From a virus (Duplodnaviria > Caudoviricetes): 33,267 nucleotides of DNA. The notes under the pieces are model-generated. The model was not told where the DNA came from and made no database searches. It saw nothing but the letters and a program-made list of their open reading frames with translations. The stretch spans positions 1-33,267 of the IMG/VR virus record IMGVR_UViG_3300011337_000295; one strand, given 5' to 3'. A program made the position numbers and the translations under genes. Of the stretch, positions 7,958 through 17,616 are shown piece after piece (the stretch's first letter is position 1; the number at the start of each line of letters is the position of its first letter).

Positions 7958-9702
7958 TATATGCCCCTTCTGATCTGGCAATTAAAAGCGGCAGAAATAG
8001 CTTTGCCAAAGTTATCGGCATCAACAATCAGATCATCAAACTCTTTTAACTCGTTCATCATTTCTGGTGTGCCTCTTTGGGTAGCATGAGCCTGTGCCAC
8101 ACCTACATGGTAATCTATCTGCTGTTGGGCTATATCGACATCTTCTGCAACTTGAGATGTTCTTTTGATAAGCTCATCTGCATAGCTAGATGATGCAGGA
8201 TCTGCCAACCGTGAATTTTCGGCAGAGAAGCTAACCAAGGATGCTTGTTGAATTTTAGCAATCTGCTCTGCTGTAGGCTGGATAGACCTGTATCCAGTAT
8301 TGGCAATCGTTTCTTTTTCAATGTTAAAAGACACCAAGTCTGGGTTAGCCTTGGCAGCCTCTACAAACTTAGGATCAGCGTTCTCAACCAATGCAAACTT
8401 GATCTTACCGTTATCCAGAAACGGAATAGGCGTCAGGTTCTTATCTTTTAATCCCGTGATCCGACCTGATTCTTTTACAGCCAGACGCTCTGTCTCGAAT
8501 GCAATTATGTTTCCGTCACCGTTGCGGATTGGCTGGTCAGCAAATTCTCTTTTAAGGGCAAACGACCCATCCTGTAACTGCTCAACAGTAAGCACTTCAC
8601 CGCTTCTACGCTGGACAGCATCGACAATGTTTTGTGCTTCCTCAGCCGTCTGGAAGGTTCTTAGTTCGCCAGTCCCAGTCTGCGCTCCAACTGTAGTTCT
8701 TGCACTCTCTGAGATTGCAGATCCTGGTGTAGCAATAGAGATTGGTTCCATGCCTGGGCGATAGATTACTACCTCTGGAGCGGCGAACGGCACGTTTGAA
8801 ACACGGGTCGGGACAAGAGAAGACGACCCAAGCAATCTATTATTTAGCGTTGCATAGCGAGGATCAAGTTCAAGAATGGACTCAACGTCGATCTTCCTGC
8901 CATCTAGGAATTGAGCTAAGGCAGACTGGGCAGCAGAGTTGCGTGTAGCAGGAGATACATTAGATAGTATCTCAGCCATCTTGCCATCAGCTTGGGCAGT
9001 ATGAATTGACCGCCCCTTAGACAGGGCATCCGAGAAAGCACCTACACCGACATGAAGACCGCCACCAAGGACGCTGCCAAAGAATACGTTCTCTAAGCTA
9101 TTCGCTAATGTGTAATCTGCCTGTTCGCTATATGCCACGCCCAACACGATAGGTTCAATAAGTGCCGCACCAAACGCACCTTCAGCTGCACCTACGCCAG
9201 CCCTGACAACAGCTTTCCCGAACCCACCAGTTGCGTTGGCAATCAACGCTGTATATCTGGCCTCACCGATCACTGGAATAAAGGCAGATGCTATGTTCAA
9301 TGGATCCATAGCAGACACGCCAAGGCTCACACCGAACTTGGCAACCGTGGAATACAGGTCTGTTGGCCCACGGGATATAATGCTCTGCCGAACTACCTCA
9401 TCTTTTTTTAACTCAATGAGAGAGTTTAACGATTCTTCTTCAATGCCAGTATCAGGAACTGTTAAATCAAGATTAAGGTCTTTAATCTTCTTGCGAGCGT
9501 CTTCCGCTGGGATCAGTGGAGATTGCTTAACAATCCTTCCACGGGAACCAGGCTCATACGTCATGTCTGTCGCCCGTAGAGCAGATGCTATCGGGTTCCT
9601 GACAAATGTTTCTTCTGCTACCGCACCAAGAGTTAAATCAAGGCCAACTGACAGTTCTTCCAGAAACGATGGAGTAGACTTGAGTTCTGTAAATATTGTC
9701 AT
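7957..9702 (-). CDS. Internal virion (ejection) protein
   Basis: 581 aa with a Gly/Ala-rich hydrophobic segment ('DPLNIASAFIPVIG...GAAEGAFGAALIEP'); synteny between nozzle and fibre genes. Confidence 0.72.
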   Translation of the reverse strand: MTIFTELKSTPSFLEELSVGLDLTLGAVAEETFVRNPIASALRATDMTYEPGSRGRIVKQSPLIPAEDARKKIKDLNLDLTVPDTGIEEESLNSLIELKKDEVVRQSIISRGPTDLYSTVAKFGVSLGVSAMDPLNIASAFIPVIGEARYTALIANATGGFGKAVVRAGVGAAEGAFGAALIEPIVLGVAYSEQADYTLANSLENVFFGSVLGGGLHVGVGAFSDALSKGRSIHTAQADGKMAEILSNVSPATRNSAAQSALAQFLDGRKIDVESILELDPRYATLNNRLLGSSSLVPTRVSNVPFAAPEVVIYRPGMEPISIATPGSAISESARTTVGAQTGTGELRTFQTAEEAQNIVDAVQRRSGEVLTVEQLQDGSFALKREFADQPIRNGDGNIIAFETERLAVKESGRITGLKDKNLTPIPFLDNGKIKFALVENADPKFVEAAKANPDLVSFNIEKETIANTGYRSIQPTAEQIAKIQQASLVSFSAENSRLADPASSSYADELIKRTSQVAEDVDIAQQQIDYHVGVAQAHATQRGTPEMMNELKEFDDLIVDADNFGKAISAAFNCQIRRGI

Positions 9703-12002
9703 GGGAACAACTCTGGAGGCACAAATTTACCTTCCGTTGTTCTTGCCCCAGCTCCTCTGCCGCCAGATGGTGTAACCATACCACCATACTCCTTTGACAA
9801 TACTGTCCAAGGCAACTCAAACATTTTGCCATTTGCCAACATGACAGGAGAACCGTTTTGGTCAACAAGTCTTAAACCAAATCGTTCATCTGGGGTATTA
9901 ACCCATCTTCCGTTTGCCACTAGGCTAGACACATACTGATCTTTTGCCTGTTGAGGCGTAAACCCAAGAATGCTTACTGGAGATTGGATTTCATATTTTT
10001 CAATGTTTTTTAACAAGAGTGATGTAGTGGTAATGATCCTATTTTGATCGACAGCCATAGGTATCCGATACCCGTCACCGAATCTGTACGCAGAACCTAT
10101 GACCTTTTCATATGCTTTTTGCGCTGCGGTAGCAGGAGCCTCTCCTCTTGCAACGTATGTTTGCGCTAGGATATTAACTGCCGAATTGTACTTTTCAAAC
10201 TCAACAGAGCCATTAAGAGACGCACTGTTAAACAAACTATCCCTGAATGATACCATTGCAGTATCCACGGCATTTGAAATTGATTTTGATGCGTCTGTCG
10301 GGACGGACTCTTTTAATGCTTTTAAGTTCAACGGTTGTAGGGCATTAGCCAAAGTTTGCGCGGCAGTGCGGTCTCTTTCATTAAGAGATGCCACAACCCC
10401 AACTTCAGCAGGTAAATCTTTACCAAGCTGCTTTAAGACCTGTGGGAACGCCGCTCCCCATGTGTCTTGCAATGTCATAAGATAGTCAGCGTAATTGACG
10501 CCACTGGCAACTTGGTTGTTAAAGCCATTAACAATGTTATCTGCTTGGGCCTTCGGCAGCAAAGCTACATTTTCAGGGCGAATGCCAAGGCTAAGTTGTG
10601 CATTAGTTGATAGCGTTACATAATTTTGCACGTTTTCTGGGCTTGGGTTGCTTCCCATACCTAGAAAAGCACGTTCAACTTCTGGAAACTTCGTAGCATA
10701 GGTTGCAGGGTCAGCTTGGATTGCCTTATTCCTTGCGTCTACAGCACTAGAAATTATTTGGAGTTGCTTTAATTCATCCTCGCTACCTTTTACAGGCCCA
10801 GTTTTAAGAGCCGTTTCACGCTCTTTAATCATAGTATTAATTTCAGACAACGGCATGGTTGCAATTTTATCAAGGGCAGAAGTCACTTCCACAATATTAG
10901 TTCTTGCGGCTAAAACCGTTTCAAGTTGCGTGTCCTTAAAAACAGATGTTAACGCGCTGACGGTTGGGATGTCTTCTAATGTTACGCTGCCACCAGCAGT
11001 AATTTTTGCGTTAATGTCATCAATCTGTTTCGTAAGATTTATTCTCTGACCAATATTTGCTCGTTCTTCTTCCTGATCTAGCGAAGAAATGCGAGAATTT
11101 ACCTTGTTAAAATAAGTGATTCTGTCACCTGGGTCTTTAATTGCAGATGTATAGACCCCGCTTTGGATGTCTTTAGCTACCTTGTTTAATTCATCAGATG
11201 TTTGGGCTGTCACAACGGCTTCTTCAATACTGTTCCCAGCAGCTTTTGCAATGAACCCGTCAAGTTTATTTGTCATTTCTTTCCGCGCCTTGGGAGGCAA
11301 CGAATTGATTGTATTCAGTGCTTTTGACTTTGCAATTTCAAGCTGTGCTTCAACTGAAAGGTCAAGACCTTCTGCCAATTTAATCGGCCCTGTTTTGAAT
11401 ATTTGGGCGATTGATGCTGGCAATGTTTTCTCAACTGTTTCTGCCGCTTTTTTTTGCTGCTCTGCCAAAGCCTCTGCTGCTGCCGCCTTGGATGCAGCTA
11501 AGAACATTCTGTTACCGGACAGAGCCAGATCAGCTTCGACACTGCGACCGAGCGCAGGGTTGATGTCTTTCAATACTGTTGAGTACCCTTGAATCAAGGC
11601 ATTCGTTTGAGACGTGATCTGGTTAATCGGGATTTCGCCATTGGATATTTGGGATTTCAAACGTTCCAATGCCATGTCAGCATCAGCACTGATGTTCTTT
11701 GCCAAGATCCTGTTAGATGTTTCGGTTGCCGCTCTACCAAAGTAGGTGAACTGCTCTGCAACAGGCTTCAATGGTTCATTCAGTTTACGGGCGGTAGCAA
11801 TCTGCTCAAGTGATGGGGCGTTCTCTGCTCCGTATTTCTCACCCTCAACAACAGCCTGTTCCTGTGCGCTCTGCATGAAGAAACTAGTCATCTGGTTCAT
11901 GCCCTTGGACAGAGCGTCCATAGGTGCGGACACGTCTCTAAACTGCCCCTCTGGAGCAGCAACCTGCAAGCCTGATGATTTGTAGCGTGGTAACTCAGCC
12001 AT
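9699..12002 (-). CDS. Internal virion (ejection) protein
   Basis: 767 aa helical Ala/Gln-rich ORF starting 'MAELPRY', AAAGGA RBS; synteny. Confidence 0.72.
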   Translation of the reverse strand: MAELPRYKSSGLQVAAPEGQFRDVSAPMDALSKGMNQMTSFFMQSAQEQAVVEGEKYGAENAPSLEQIATARKLNEPLKPVAEQFTYFGRAATETSNRILAKNISADADMALERLKSQISNGEIPINQITSQTNALIQGYSTVLKDINPALGRSVEADLALSGNRMFLAASKAAAAEALAEQQKKAAETVEKTLPASIAQIFKTGPIKLAEGLDLSVEAQLEIAKSKALNTINSLPPKARKEMTNKLDGFIAKAAGNSIEEAVVTAQTSDELNKVAKDIQSGVYTSAIKDPGDRITYFNKVNSRISSLDQEEERANIGQRINLTKQIDDINAKITAGGSVTLEDIPTVSALTSVFKDTQLETVLAARTNIVEVTSALDKIATMPLSEINTMIKERETALKTGPVKGSEDELKQLQIISSAVDARNKAIQADPATYATKFPEVERAFLGMGSNPSPENVQNYVTLSTNAQLSLGIRPENVALLPKAQADNIVNGFNNQVASGVNYADYLMTLQDTWGAAFPQVLKQLGKDLPAEVGVVASLNERDRTAAQTLANALQPLNLKALKESVPTDASKSISNAVDTAMVSFRDSLFNSASLNGSVEFEKYNSAVNILAQTYVARGEAPATAAQKAYEKVIGSAYRFGDGYRIPMAVDQNRIITTTSLLLKNIEKYEIQSPVSILGFTPQQAKDQYVSSLVANGRWVNTPDERFGLRLVDQNGSPVMLANGKMFELPWTVLSKEYGGMVTPSGGRGAGARTTEGKFVPPELFP

Positions 12003-12014
12003 GTCTCAGTCCTT

Positions 12015-12578
12015 TTAGATTACGCCGCCAAACCGTCCAACACCGCCGTAAGGTTGTGCAACTGGTGTCGCTAGTGATGGAACCCCACCAACCTTCATAA
12101 TGTTAGCTCCAGTGCTTAGAAGCGTTGTTCCTGCGGTGATGAACCCTGCGGTTGCCGCTGCACTTCCCTGCGCTCTCAATGAGGCTGCTGTGGTCTCTCC
12201 ACCAAGGAAGGCAAGCTGCGCGTTCATCTCGGTCATCTGCTTCTCTTCAATGCCCTGACCAAATGCGTAGTTGGTCAAAGCCGCTGCCGAGCCGCCAAAC
12301 GGATCAATGCTACCTGCACCTGCACGGGCGCGAATTGTTGCTGCCGTTGCAAGTGTCTTTTCCAGAACCTGTACACCCTGCTGACGGTATTGCAGTTCCT
12401 GTGCCTTAGCCTTCATCTGCTCTTGCTTGGCTTGAGCATTCAGTGTTGCTTGCTGGGCTAGGCCACCAGCAATGGAACCTACTGCGCTGACAACCGAGGA
12501 CAACCCAGCCAAAGCCGCAAATGTTCCAGATGCACCGATTGCACCTACCGCACCTAAGATTGGAGCTATAAAAGCCAT
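12015..12578 (-). CDS. Small internal virion (ejection) protein, T7 gp14-like position
   Basis: Hydrophobic Ala/Gly N-terminus, Gln/Ala-rich middle, 'RARAGAGSID'; immediately after the nozzle gene. Confidence 0.72.
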   Translation of the reverse strand: MAFIAPILGAVGAIGASGTFAALAGLSSVVSAVGSIAGGLAQQATLNAQAKQEQMKAKAQELQYRQQGVQVLEKTLATAATIRARAGAGSIDPFGGSAAALTNYAFGQGIEEKQMTEMNAQLAFLGGETTAASLRAQGSAAATAGFITAGTTLLSTGANIMKVGGVPSLATPVAQPYGGVGRFGGVI

Positions 12579-12579
12579 A

Positions 12580-14556
12580 TCACTGCCCCATGTTCACGCT
12601 GAGCCGATAATCTAAAAACAAACATGTCATCTTCAACGGTTGAGTTTGTGTCACTGTTACAGAACCCTCATAATCATAGCCAAGCAACGGGCCAACACGC
12701 TTCAACCCGGTGAACTCTGCTACCGCTGTATCTAGCACTGCCGAATCAAAAGTCCTAAACGGCACTTCAACCGAGTTAACCGAAGCATTCTGCGTCTTAT
12801 AGAACTCAGCCTCAACCTCAATAATACGCTTCTTAAACCCACGCATATTGCCAACTTGCAACCGAGGCTCAATAGGCATCGTTGCTATCGTGACCGTGTA
12901 GTCTTGACCGACCTGATATGATGTAACAGAAGAACGATCAAACGTAACCAAACCACCGGATGATGCAACTTCGTCACTAAGTACCACGCCATCTGTAATG
13001 ACTTTGACAGTCTTAGCCGCAAAGTTAGTAGCCGTTACGTTGGCTGCCGCTCCACCAGAGACTGCATTGTCCAAGGTAAAATCATTGCTGAATGTCTCGA
13101 CATGAAACTGTACGACGCTATTGATGGTGCGCTGCACAACGACATAGATTGTGCTGATGTCTACGGCTACAGCCTTGAACAGACCATCTGTATCAAAGGT
13201 CGATGGAGCGATAATGTCTGCCGAGCGAAGCACGGAGTATGCAGTAAACGTGCCGTCTGTGTTGACCAGCATCAACAGATCTGATTCGTCTGTGTTTGTA
13301 GCACGTCGCATAGCCATATCAACGGGCGTGTTAATCAGATGTCCAGACAGTAGCGATATCTTGTTTGAGACGTAGCTGGCTTGAGTATCTGTGTAGATAA
13401 ACTCCTGCACCATCTTGCCGCCGCGCTGGATATAGATCGTGCCAGCCTCAAGTCCAACAGGACGTGTGCCTTCAATAGAACCATTGCGGGTTGCAATACG
13501 GACAAGGAATGTACCTGGTGTGATTGGATCACCAAGCCCCTGTGGCACATAGAACTCGCCACCAGTCGTGAACAGTTGCAAGTCACGTCCTGAGTGAATG
13601 TTTACGATTGCATTGAACTGGTTAACGTCGAGCGTTGCTTCTACTGCATCGTCATCAAGGTTCGTTTGCTTGTCAAAGTTAAAGAAGTCACCGACACGGC
13701 TACCCCAAACAGTTGATGGTCTGTCACGGGAACCCCCGAAATATAACCGTCCTTCATGAAAAGTCACACTTCTGGGATAACCACGGGTAGATGACCATAC
13801 ATCTTCATAGCCGCTTTCAGTCTCCCAGCTACTCGCTGCGATTGCACCCGTGCTAGAAAATGGAACTTCAACGATAGCCCGAACAACTGTCGTGCTTACA
13901 AACTCGATAACTCTGGCCCGACCATAGGAAATCGTGTTGTTGATGTATTGGTTTACCAAGGCACCAGAGAACACCGCGGCACTTGCTGTCAGAGTGATCG
14001 TTCCAGTCGTAGCAGATGGTGTAAGCGTTGCTGCTGGAGATGCTAGTGTAATTGTAAACGCATACTTGGGGATGTAATCAAACGACAGGTTCGAGATTGT
14101 CCATGTTGCGTCTGTACCACCACGAACCATCTTCTGCACTGGCATATCTTTATGCGTAAAGATGACCGTATCGGCAGACTGGGCGTAGTTAAGGTTAGCT
14201 AATCTGGCTGATGTTAGCTGTGTCGCGGCTAGATAATCATTGCCGGAGCCATTGATGTTTGTGATCAGAACACCAGCCTTGTAGACATAGATGCGCTGAT
14301 CGACGATTGCGAACATATACGAATCAGTAGTCGAGAACTCAAATGGAACTAGAACCGCACCGTTGGCTGCGCTTGATGGCAAGGCATGGATGAACTTCAA
14401 ACCTGGTCTACGACGCACACCGCCCTGTGGCAGGATTACAACATTCCTAGCCGTCTTTAAGCCAGAGTAATACTGTGCAAGATCAATACGACCACGAAGC
14501 AGCGGGTCAATTTCGCCTACTGTAAAGTTGGTCTGGATATTGATTATGCGGGTCAT
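12580..14556 (-). CDS. Tail tubular protein B (nozzle)
   Basis: 'QTNFTVGEIDPLL.GR.D...Y', 'PQGGVRRRPG', 'GYPRSVTFHEGRLYFGG...P.TVWGSR.GDFFNF'. Confidence 0.92.
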   Translation of the reverse strand: MTRIINIQTNFTVGEIDPLLRGRIDLAQYYSGLKTARNVVILPQGGVRRRPGLKFIHALPSSAANGAVLVPFEFSTTDSYMFAIVDQRIYVYKAGVLITNINGSGNDYLAATQLTSARLANLNYAQSADTVIFTHKDMPVQKMVRGGTDATWTISNLSFDYIPKYAFTITLASPAATLTPSATTGTITLTASAAVFSGALVNQYINNTISYGRARVIEFVSTTVVRAIVEVPFSSTGAIAASSWETESGYEDVWSSTRGYPRSVTFHEGRLYFGGSRDRPSTVWGSRVGDFFNFDKQTNLDDDAVEATLDVNQFNAIVNIHSGRDLQLFTTGGEFYVPQGLGDPITPGTFLVRIATRNGSIEGTRPVGLEAGTIYIQRGGKMVQEFIYTDTQASYVSNKISLLSGHLINTPVDMAMRRATNTDESDLLMLVNTDGTFTAYSVLRSADIIAPSTFDTDGLFKAVAVDISTIYVVVQRTINSVVQFHVETFSNDFTLDNAVSGGAAANVTATNFAAKTVKVITDGVVLSDEVASSGGLVTFDRSSVTSYQVGQDYTVTIATMPIEPRLQVGNMRGFKKRIIEVEAEFYKTQNASVNSVEVPFRTFDSAVLDTAVAEFTGLKRVGPLLGYDYEGSVTVTQTQPLKMTCLFLDYRLSVNMGQ

Positions 14557-15167
14557 TAGTACCTCACGGCAACAAGGCTAAAGTCTTCGATCATCTGAGG
14601 TGGGTGATTCTGACCATCAACCATAGTGGCCTGTCTGAAGTAACCACCACGACCGTTCTCGCCAGAACCGATAGCCATGTTGGCCCAGTACTGGCTCTTA
14701 CTCATCTGGTCAGTTACAGGCTCTGCAAAGTGCCAGCATAGATAGTACTTCATCAACTGAACGAAATATTTAGGCATCAAATCTTCGCTGACATCAAACT
14801 GATAGTCGATGTAGACAGACGTGTAGTTCGTCTGCACCATGTTGTTCATTACTTCCCATTCAGTGACAGGACGCGCACCTGCATTCGGGGTAATGAACAA
14901 AGCCCTTGGGCCTGACAACATATCACCGGGGAGCTGATACTCGTACTTCCATTCGGTAACTGGAGTCGTCGCAAGCTGGGCTAGTTGGACTTTCTTGTAG
15001 CTAAACGTCCAAGGATACATTGTGAGTACCATCGCCTTGATGTCGTCATACAGACGGTCGGCGATCTGGGCAGCATTAGATCCATCAGTAAAGGATGTAA
15101 TGATATTGGTTCCGAGCATAATAAGTGCGTCGTTGACGATTGTGAGTTTGGTATCACCAGTTGCCAA
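14556..15167 (-). CDS. Tail tubular protein A (head-tail adaptor)
   Basis: 'IVNDALIMLG..IITSF', 'YPWTFS', 'WKYEYQLPGD'; TTG start preceded by GAAGGAGA; TAATG overlap with the nozzle gene. Confidence 0.88.
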   Translation of the reverse strand: MATGDTKLTIVNDALIMLGTNIITSFTDGSNAAQIADRLYDDIKAMVLTMYPWTFSYKKVQLAQLATTPVTEWKYEYQLPGDMLSGPRALFITPNAGARPVTEWEVMNNMVQTNYTSVYIDYQFDVSEDLMPKYFVQLMKYYLCWHFAEPVTDQMSKSQYWANMAIGSGENGRGGYFRQATMVDGQNHPPQMIEDFSLVAVRY

Positions 15168-15221
15168 TGGAGTTCTCCTTCAACGCAATATTAACGCCTT
15201 ATATATTATTCGTACACAAAC

Positions 15222-15246
15222 AAAAAGAGGGGGATTTCTCCCCCTC
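15222..15246 (-). terminator. Intrinsic terminator after capsid genes
   Basis: Minus strand GAGGGGGA-GAAA-TCCCCCTC-TTTTT: 8-bp stem, GNRA loop and U tract. Confidence 0.88.
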
Positions 15247-15271
15247 AATTAGCACCAGCGTTTCAACGGAA

Positions 15272-15544
15272 TTAATCCGTGTCAGTCGCCGAGACAGTCG
15301 TACCATCAGCGATGTCAACCACGCCAGACGCATTGCTATTCACGTAGGAAATAACAAGCGAAGGAGTCGTAGCATCGTAGATGAAGATCACGTCACCGAC
15401 ATTAACGAGGGTTGATACTGTGTTGAAGTAACCAGCAGTATTGATCGTCGCCTGTGTGTCGGTGGACTTATAGGAGTAGAGAGACGGTGCATTGCCAGAC
15501 TTATTGGCAGCGATCGTGTTCCAACCTGTTGAAGAAAAAGCCAT
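15272..15544 (-). CDS. Small virion protein, probable capsid decoration
   Basis: 90 aa between major capsid gene and terminator; 'YKSTDTQATINTAGYFN...VGDVI'; GGGAG RBS. Confidence 0.7.
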   Translation of the reverse strand: MAFSSTGWNTIAANKSGNAPSLYSYKSTDTQATINTAGYFNTVSTLVNVGDVIFIYDATTPSLVISYVNSNASGVVDIADGTTVSATDTD

Positions 15545-15557
15545 TGTTCAATCTCCC

Positions 15558-16403
15558 TTATGCGGTTTCGCGGCAAGTGATCTTGACAATGCCTTCATCG
15601 TCAATCGCGACTGCACCAGCGGAGAACATACCGTTTACAAGGTATGAGGTCTTCTCTGGAACATAGTTGATTTCGGTCTTCATATTCATGCCGATACCGA
15701 AGCCAAGCGCATCACGATGATAAGCAAAGCAAGTACGATCAAGCGAGCCGTCGATTGCCAAGCCACCTTCAGCACGATCACCGATCATGGTGAACTTAAA
15801 GCCCAAGAATGTGTCAATCTCACCCGAGACGAGAGCGCGTACCGAGTTGAAATCAGCAGATGTAATGGACGTTTCGCCGAGCAAGGACTCAAGACCCGAA
15901 GCCGAAACAAGGAAGCAACGACCGTCCATAGGAACATTGTTCTTGTCCAAGAGACGCTTTGCATTGCGGAGCTTGGTAAGGTTCAGGTTGGTGTCAGTGC
16001 CACCGATGTCATTGCTGACAGTCAACGATGTGCTGGAAGCAGCAAGTGCATCCAATACCAACTGATCCATACGACGACCGATTGAGCCGGAGACAACCTG
16101 GACAAGCTCACGACGCTCATCAAAGTTAACCTTCGCCTGATGGAAGATGTCGCTGTATTCAGCAGCATTGTAGTCGCTCATCGTCGCAGTGACCTGCGAA
16201 TATGTGATGTTAAGTGGTGTTACATCCGTCTGAGGAACCCGAAGTGTGGCAGAGCCTTTGCCAATCTTAGGGAACTTTACGGTTGAGCCTTCCACGTTCT
16301 GACGTTCACGGACGAGACCAGCAAGGAGACGTTGCCCCTGATATGCTTGCTTCACTTCCGCATCGAAGAGCGTGACAAAGGCTGAGGAAATACCCTGTGC
16401 CAT
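15558..16403 (-). CDS. Major capsid protein
   Basis: 281 aa; 'FVTLFDAEVKQAYQ', 'VRALVSGEIDTFLGFKF', 'GAVAIDDEGIV'; follows scaffold; GGAGA RBS. Confidence 0.92.
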   Translation of the reverse strand: MAQGISSAFVTLFDAEVKQAYQGQRLLAGLVRERQNVEGSTVKFPKIGKGSATLRVPQTDVTPLNITYSQVTATMSDYNAAEYSDIFHQAKVNFDERRELVQVVSGSIGRRMDQLVLDALAASSTSLTVSNDIGGTDTNLNLTKLRNAKRLLDKNNVPMDGRCFLVSASGLESLLGETSITSADFNSVRALVSGEIDTFLGFKFTMIGDRAEGGLAIDGSLDRTCFAYHRDALGFGIGMNMKTEINYVPEKTSYLVNGMFSAGAVAIDDEGIVKITCRETA

Positions 16404-16499
16404 GTTAAATCTCCAAATTGCGTTTCATGTGATAAATCGTTCGTGATTGTCCTTACGGGTCACCCAACTAAGTATCCGGTCGTATCTAAGATATGATTG

Positions 16500-16531
16500 T
16501 CGGACGGAGGACAATTAAATCATCCGTCCGA
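16500..16531. promoter_or_regulatory. Inverted repeat overlapping a candidate capsid promoter
   Basis: TCGGACGGA (16500-16508) / TCCGTCCGA (16523-16531); minus-strand TTGACA-N17-TAATTG begins right after the scaffold stop. Confidence 0.5.
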
Positions 16532-16540
16532 TGTTGTCAA

Positions 16541-17365
16541 TTATGGTGAGTATTGCTGGTCACCAAAGGCATTCTGGAACATCTTCTCCACCTTGCGTGT
16601 GAACACCATGTCCTTGCCGTATTTCGGATCGCCGACCATAGCGTACAGATCGTCCTTCGAGACTCCGGTATCCGGTGTGACATCTGTAGTCGGGATCGAC
16701 ATCTCACCTGATGCCTGTCTGATCTTGTTCAATGCAGAGACAAAGGCTGCCGAGGTAGATGCCTTGGCGATTGCATTGGTTTCCGATTCATTCAACACAG
16801 ACCTGCTCAACTTGGTCAGCCACTGGTTGTTCGCCTGAATAATATCATTGGCCCGATTACCGAGCTTCTTGATCTCTTCATCACGGCTGACAGTGACATT
16901 CTCAAAAGCCTGACCAGCCTCTTCAATGTAGATAGAAGCCAGCTTGTCGAACGCATCCTGCGAGATCCCGAGTTCCTTGGCTGTCGAGATATAACGTGAC
17001 AGCATAGGGTCATCATCAGGAACATTCAGGTTCTTGAATAGGCTTGCATCGTAGTTGCCATCCTTGGGCGGCTTGTGTTTGCCCTGAGAGAACTTGGTTC
17101 TCAGTTCCTGATAAGACTTGGCAAGGGCTTCTACGTCTGGCCCTTCTTCTTCTGACCAGAAATTCTCAGGCCAATAGTCCGGCCTAACGAGTGGTTCCTC
17201 TGGTTTTTCAGGTTCTTCAGCTTGTTTGGCTTCCAGTTCCTGTGCGGTGAGTTCGCGGTGAGGCACCTCAATCTCTGCCGCCACTTCCTCTTCCTTACTT
17301 ACTGCTAACAGGCTCTGGTTGTCAGCGGTCTCGCTGGCCTGAGTTGTCTGTTCTTCTTCAATCAT
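16541..17365 (-). CDS. Capsid scaffolding protein
   Basis: Acidic N-terminus, 'RPDYWPENFW', 'LAKSYQEL', 'AKELGISQDAF', C-terminal 'DPKYGKD'; lies between portal and capsid genes. Confidence 0.85.
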   Translation of the reverse strand: MIEEEQTTQASETADNQSLLAVSKEEEVAAEIEVPHRELTAQELEAKQAEEPEKPEEPLVRPDYWPENFWSEEEGPDVEALAKSYQELRTKFSQGKHKPPKDGNYDASLFKNLNVPDDDPMLSRYISTAKELGISQDAFDKLASIYIEEAGQAFENVTVSRDEEIKKLGNRANDIIQANNQWLTKLSRSVLNESETNAIAKASTSAAFVSALNKIRQASGEMSIPTTDVTPDTGVSKDDLYAMVGDPKYGKDMVFTRKVEKMFQNAFGDQQYSP

Positions 17366-17616
17366 CTAGTCCTCGCTCGTTTTATACGCTCCTCAATTAA
17401 CCGAACAACAGAGTTCTGGCCTTCCCTTGCATAGCCATGCGAAGCATCTTCACCCGGAGTCCAAGTTGGCTGCTCGATAGTCTTGTTGCGTAGGTCGGCT
17501 AGAATAATCTGTCCTGAGTCGGTACTGAACACACGGGCGTAGTGTGCATCCATTTCTGCTAGATGGTCTTTGCCTTTAACGTTGACAACATCACCATCAA
17601 TATCGTTCCAATCCAT
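17362..17616 (-). CDS. Conserved small protein between portal and scaffold (Bbp19-like)
   Basis: 'YARVFSTDSGQIILADL...AREGQNSVV..I' pattern; overlaps both neighbours. Confidence 0.78.
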   Translation of the reverse strand: MDWNDIDGDVVNVKGKDHLAEMDAHYARVFSTDSGQIILADLRNKTIEQPTWTPGEDASHGYAREGQNSVVRLIEERIKRARTR

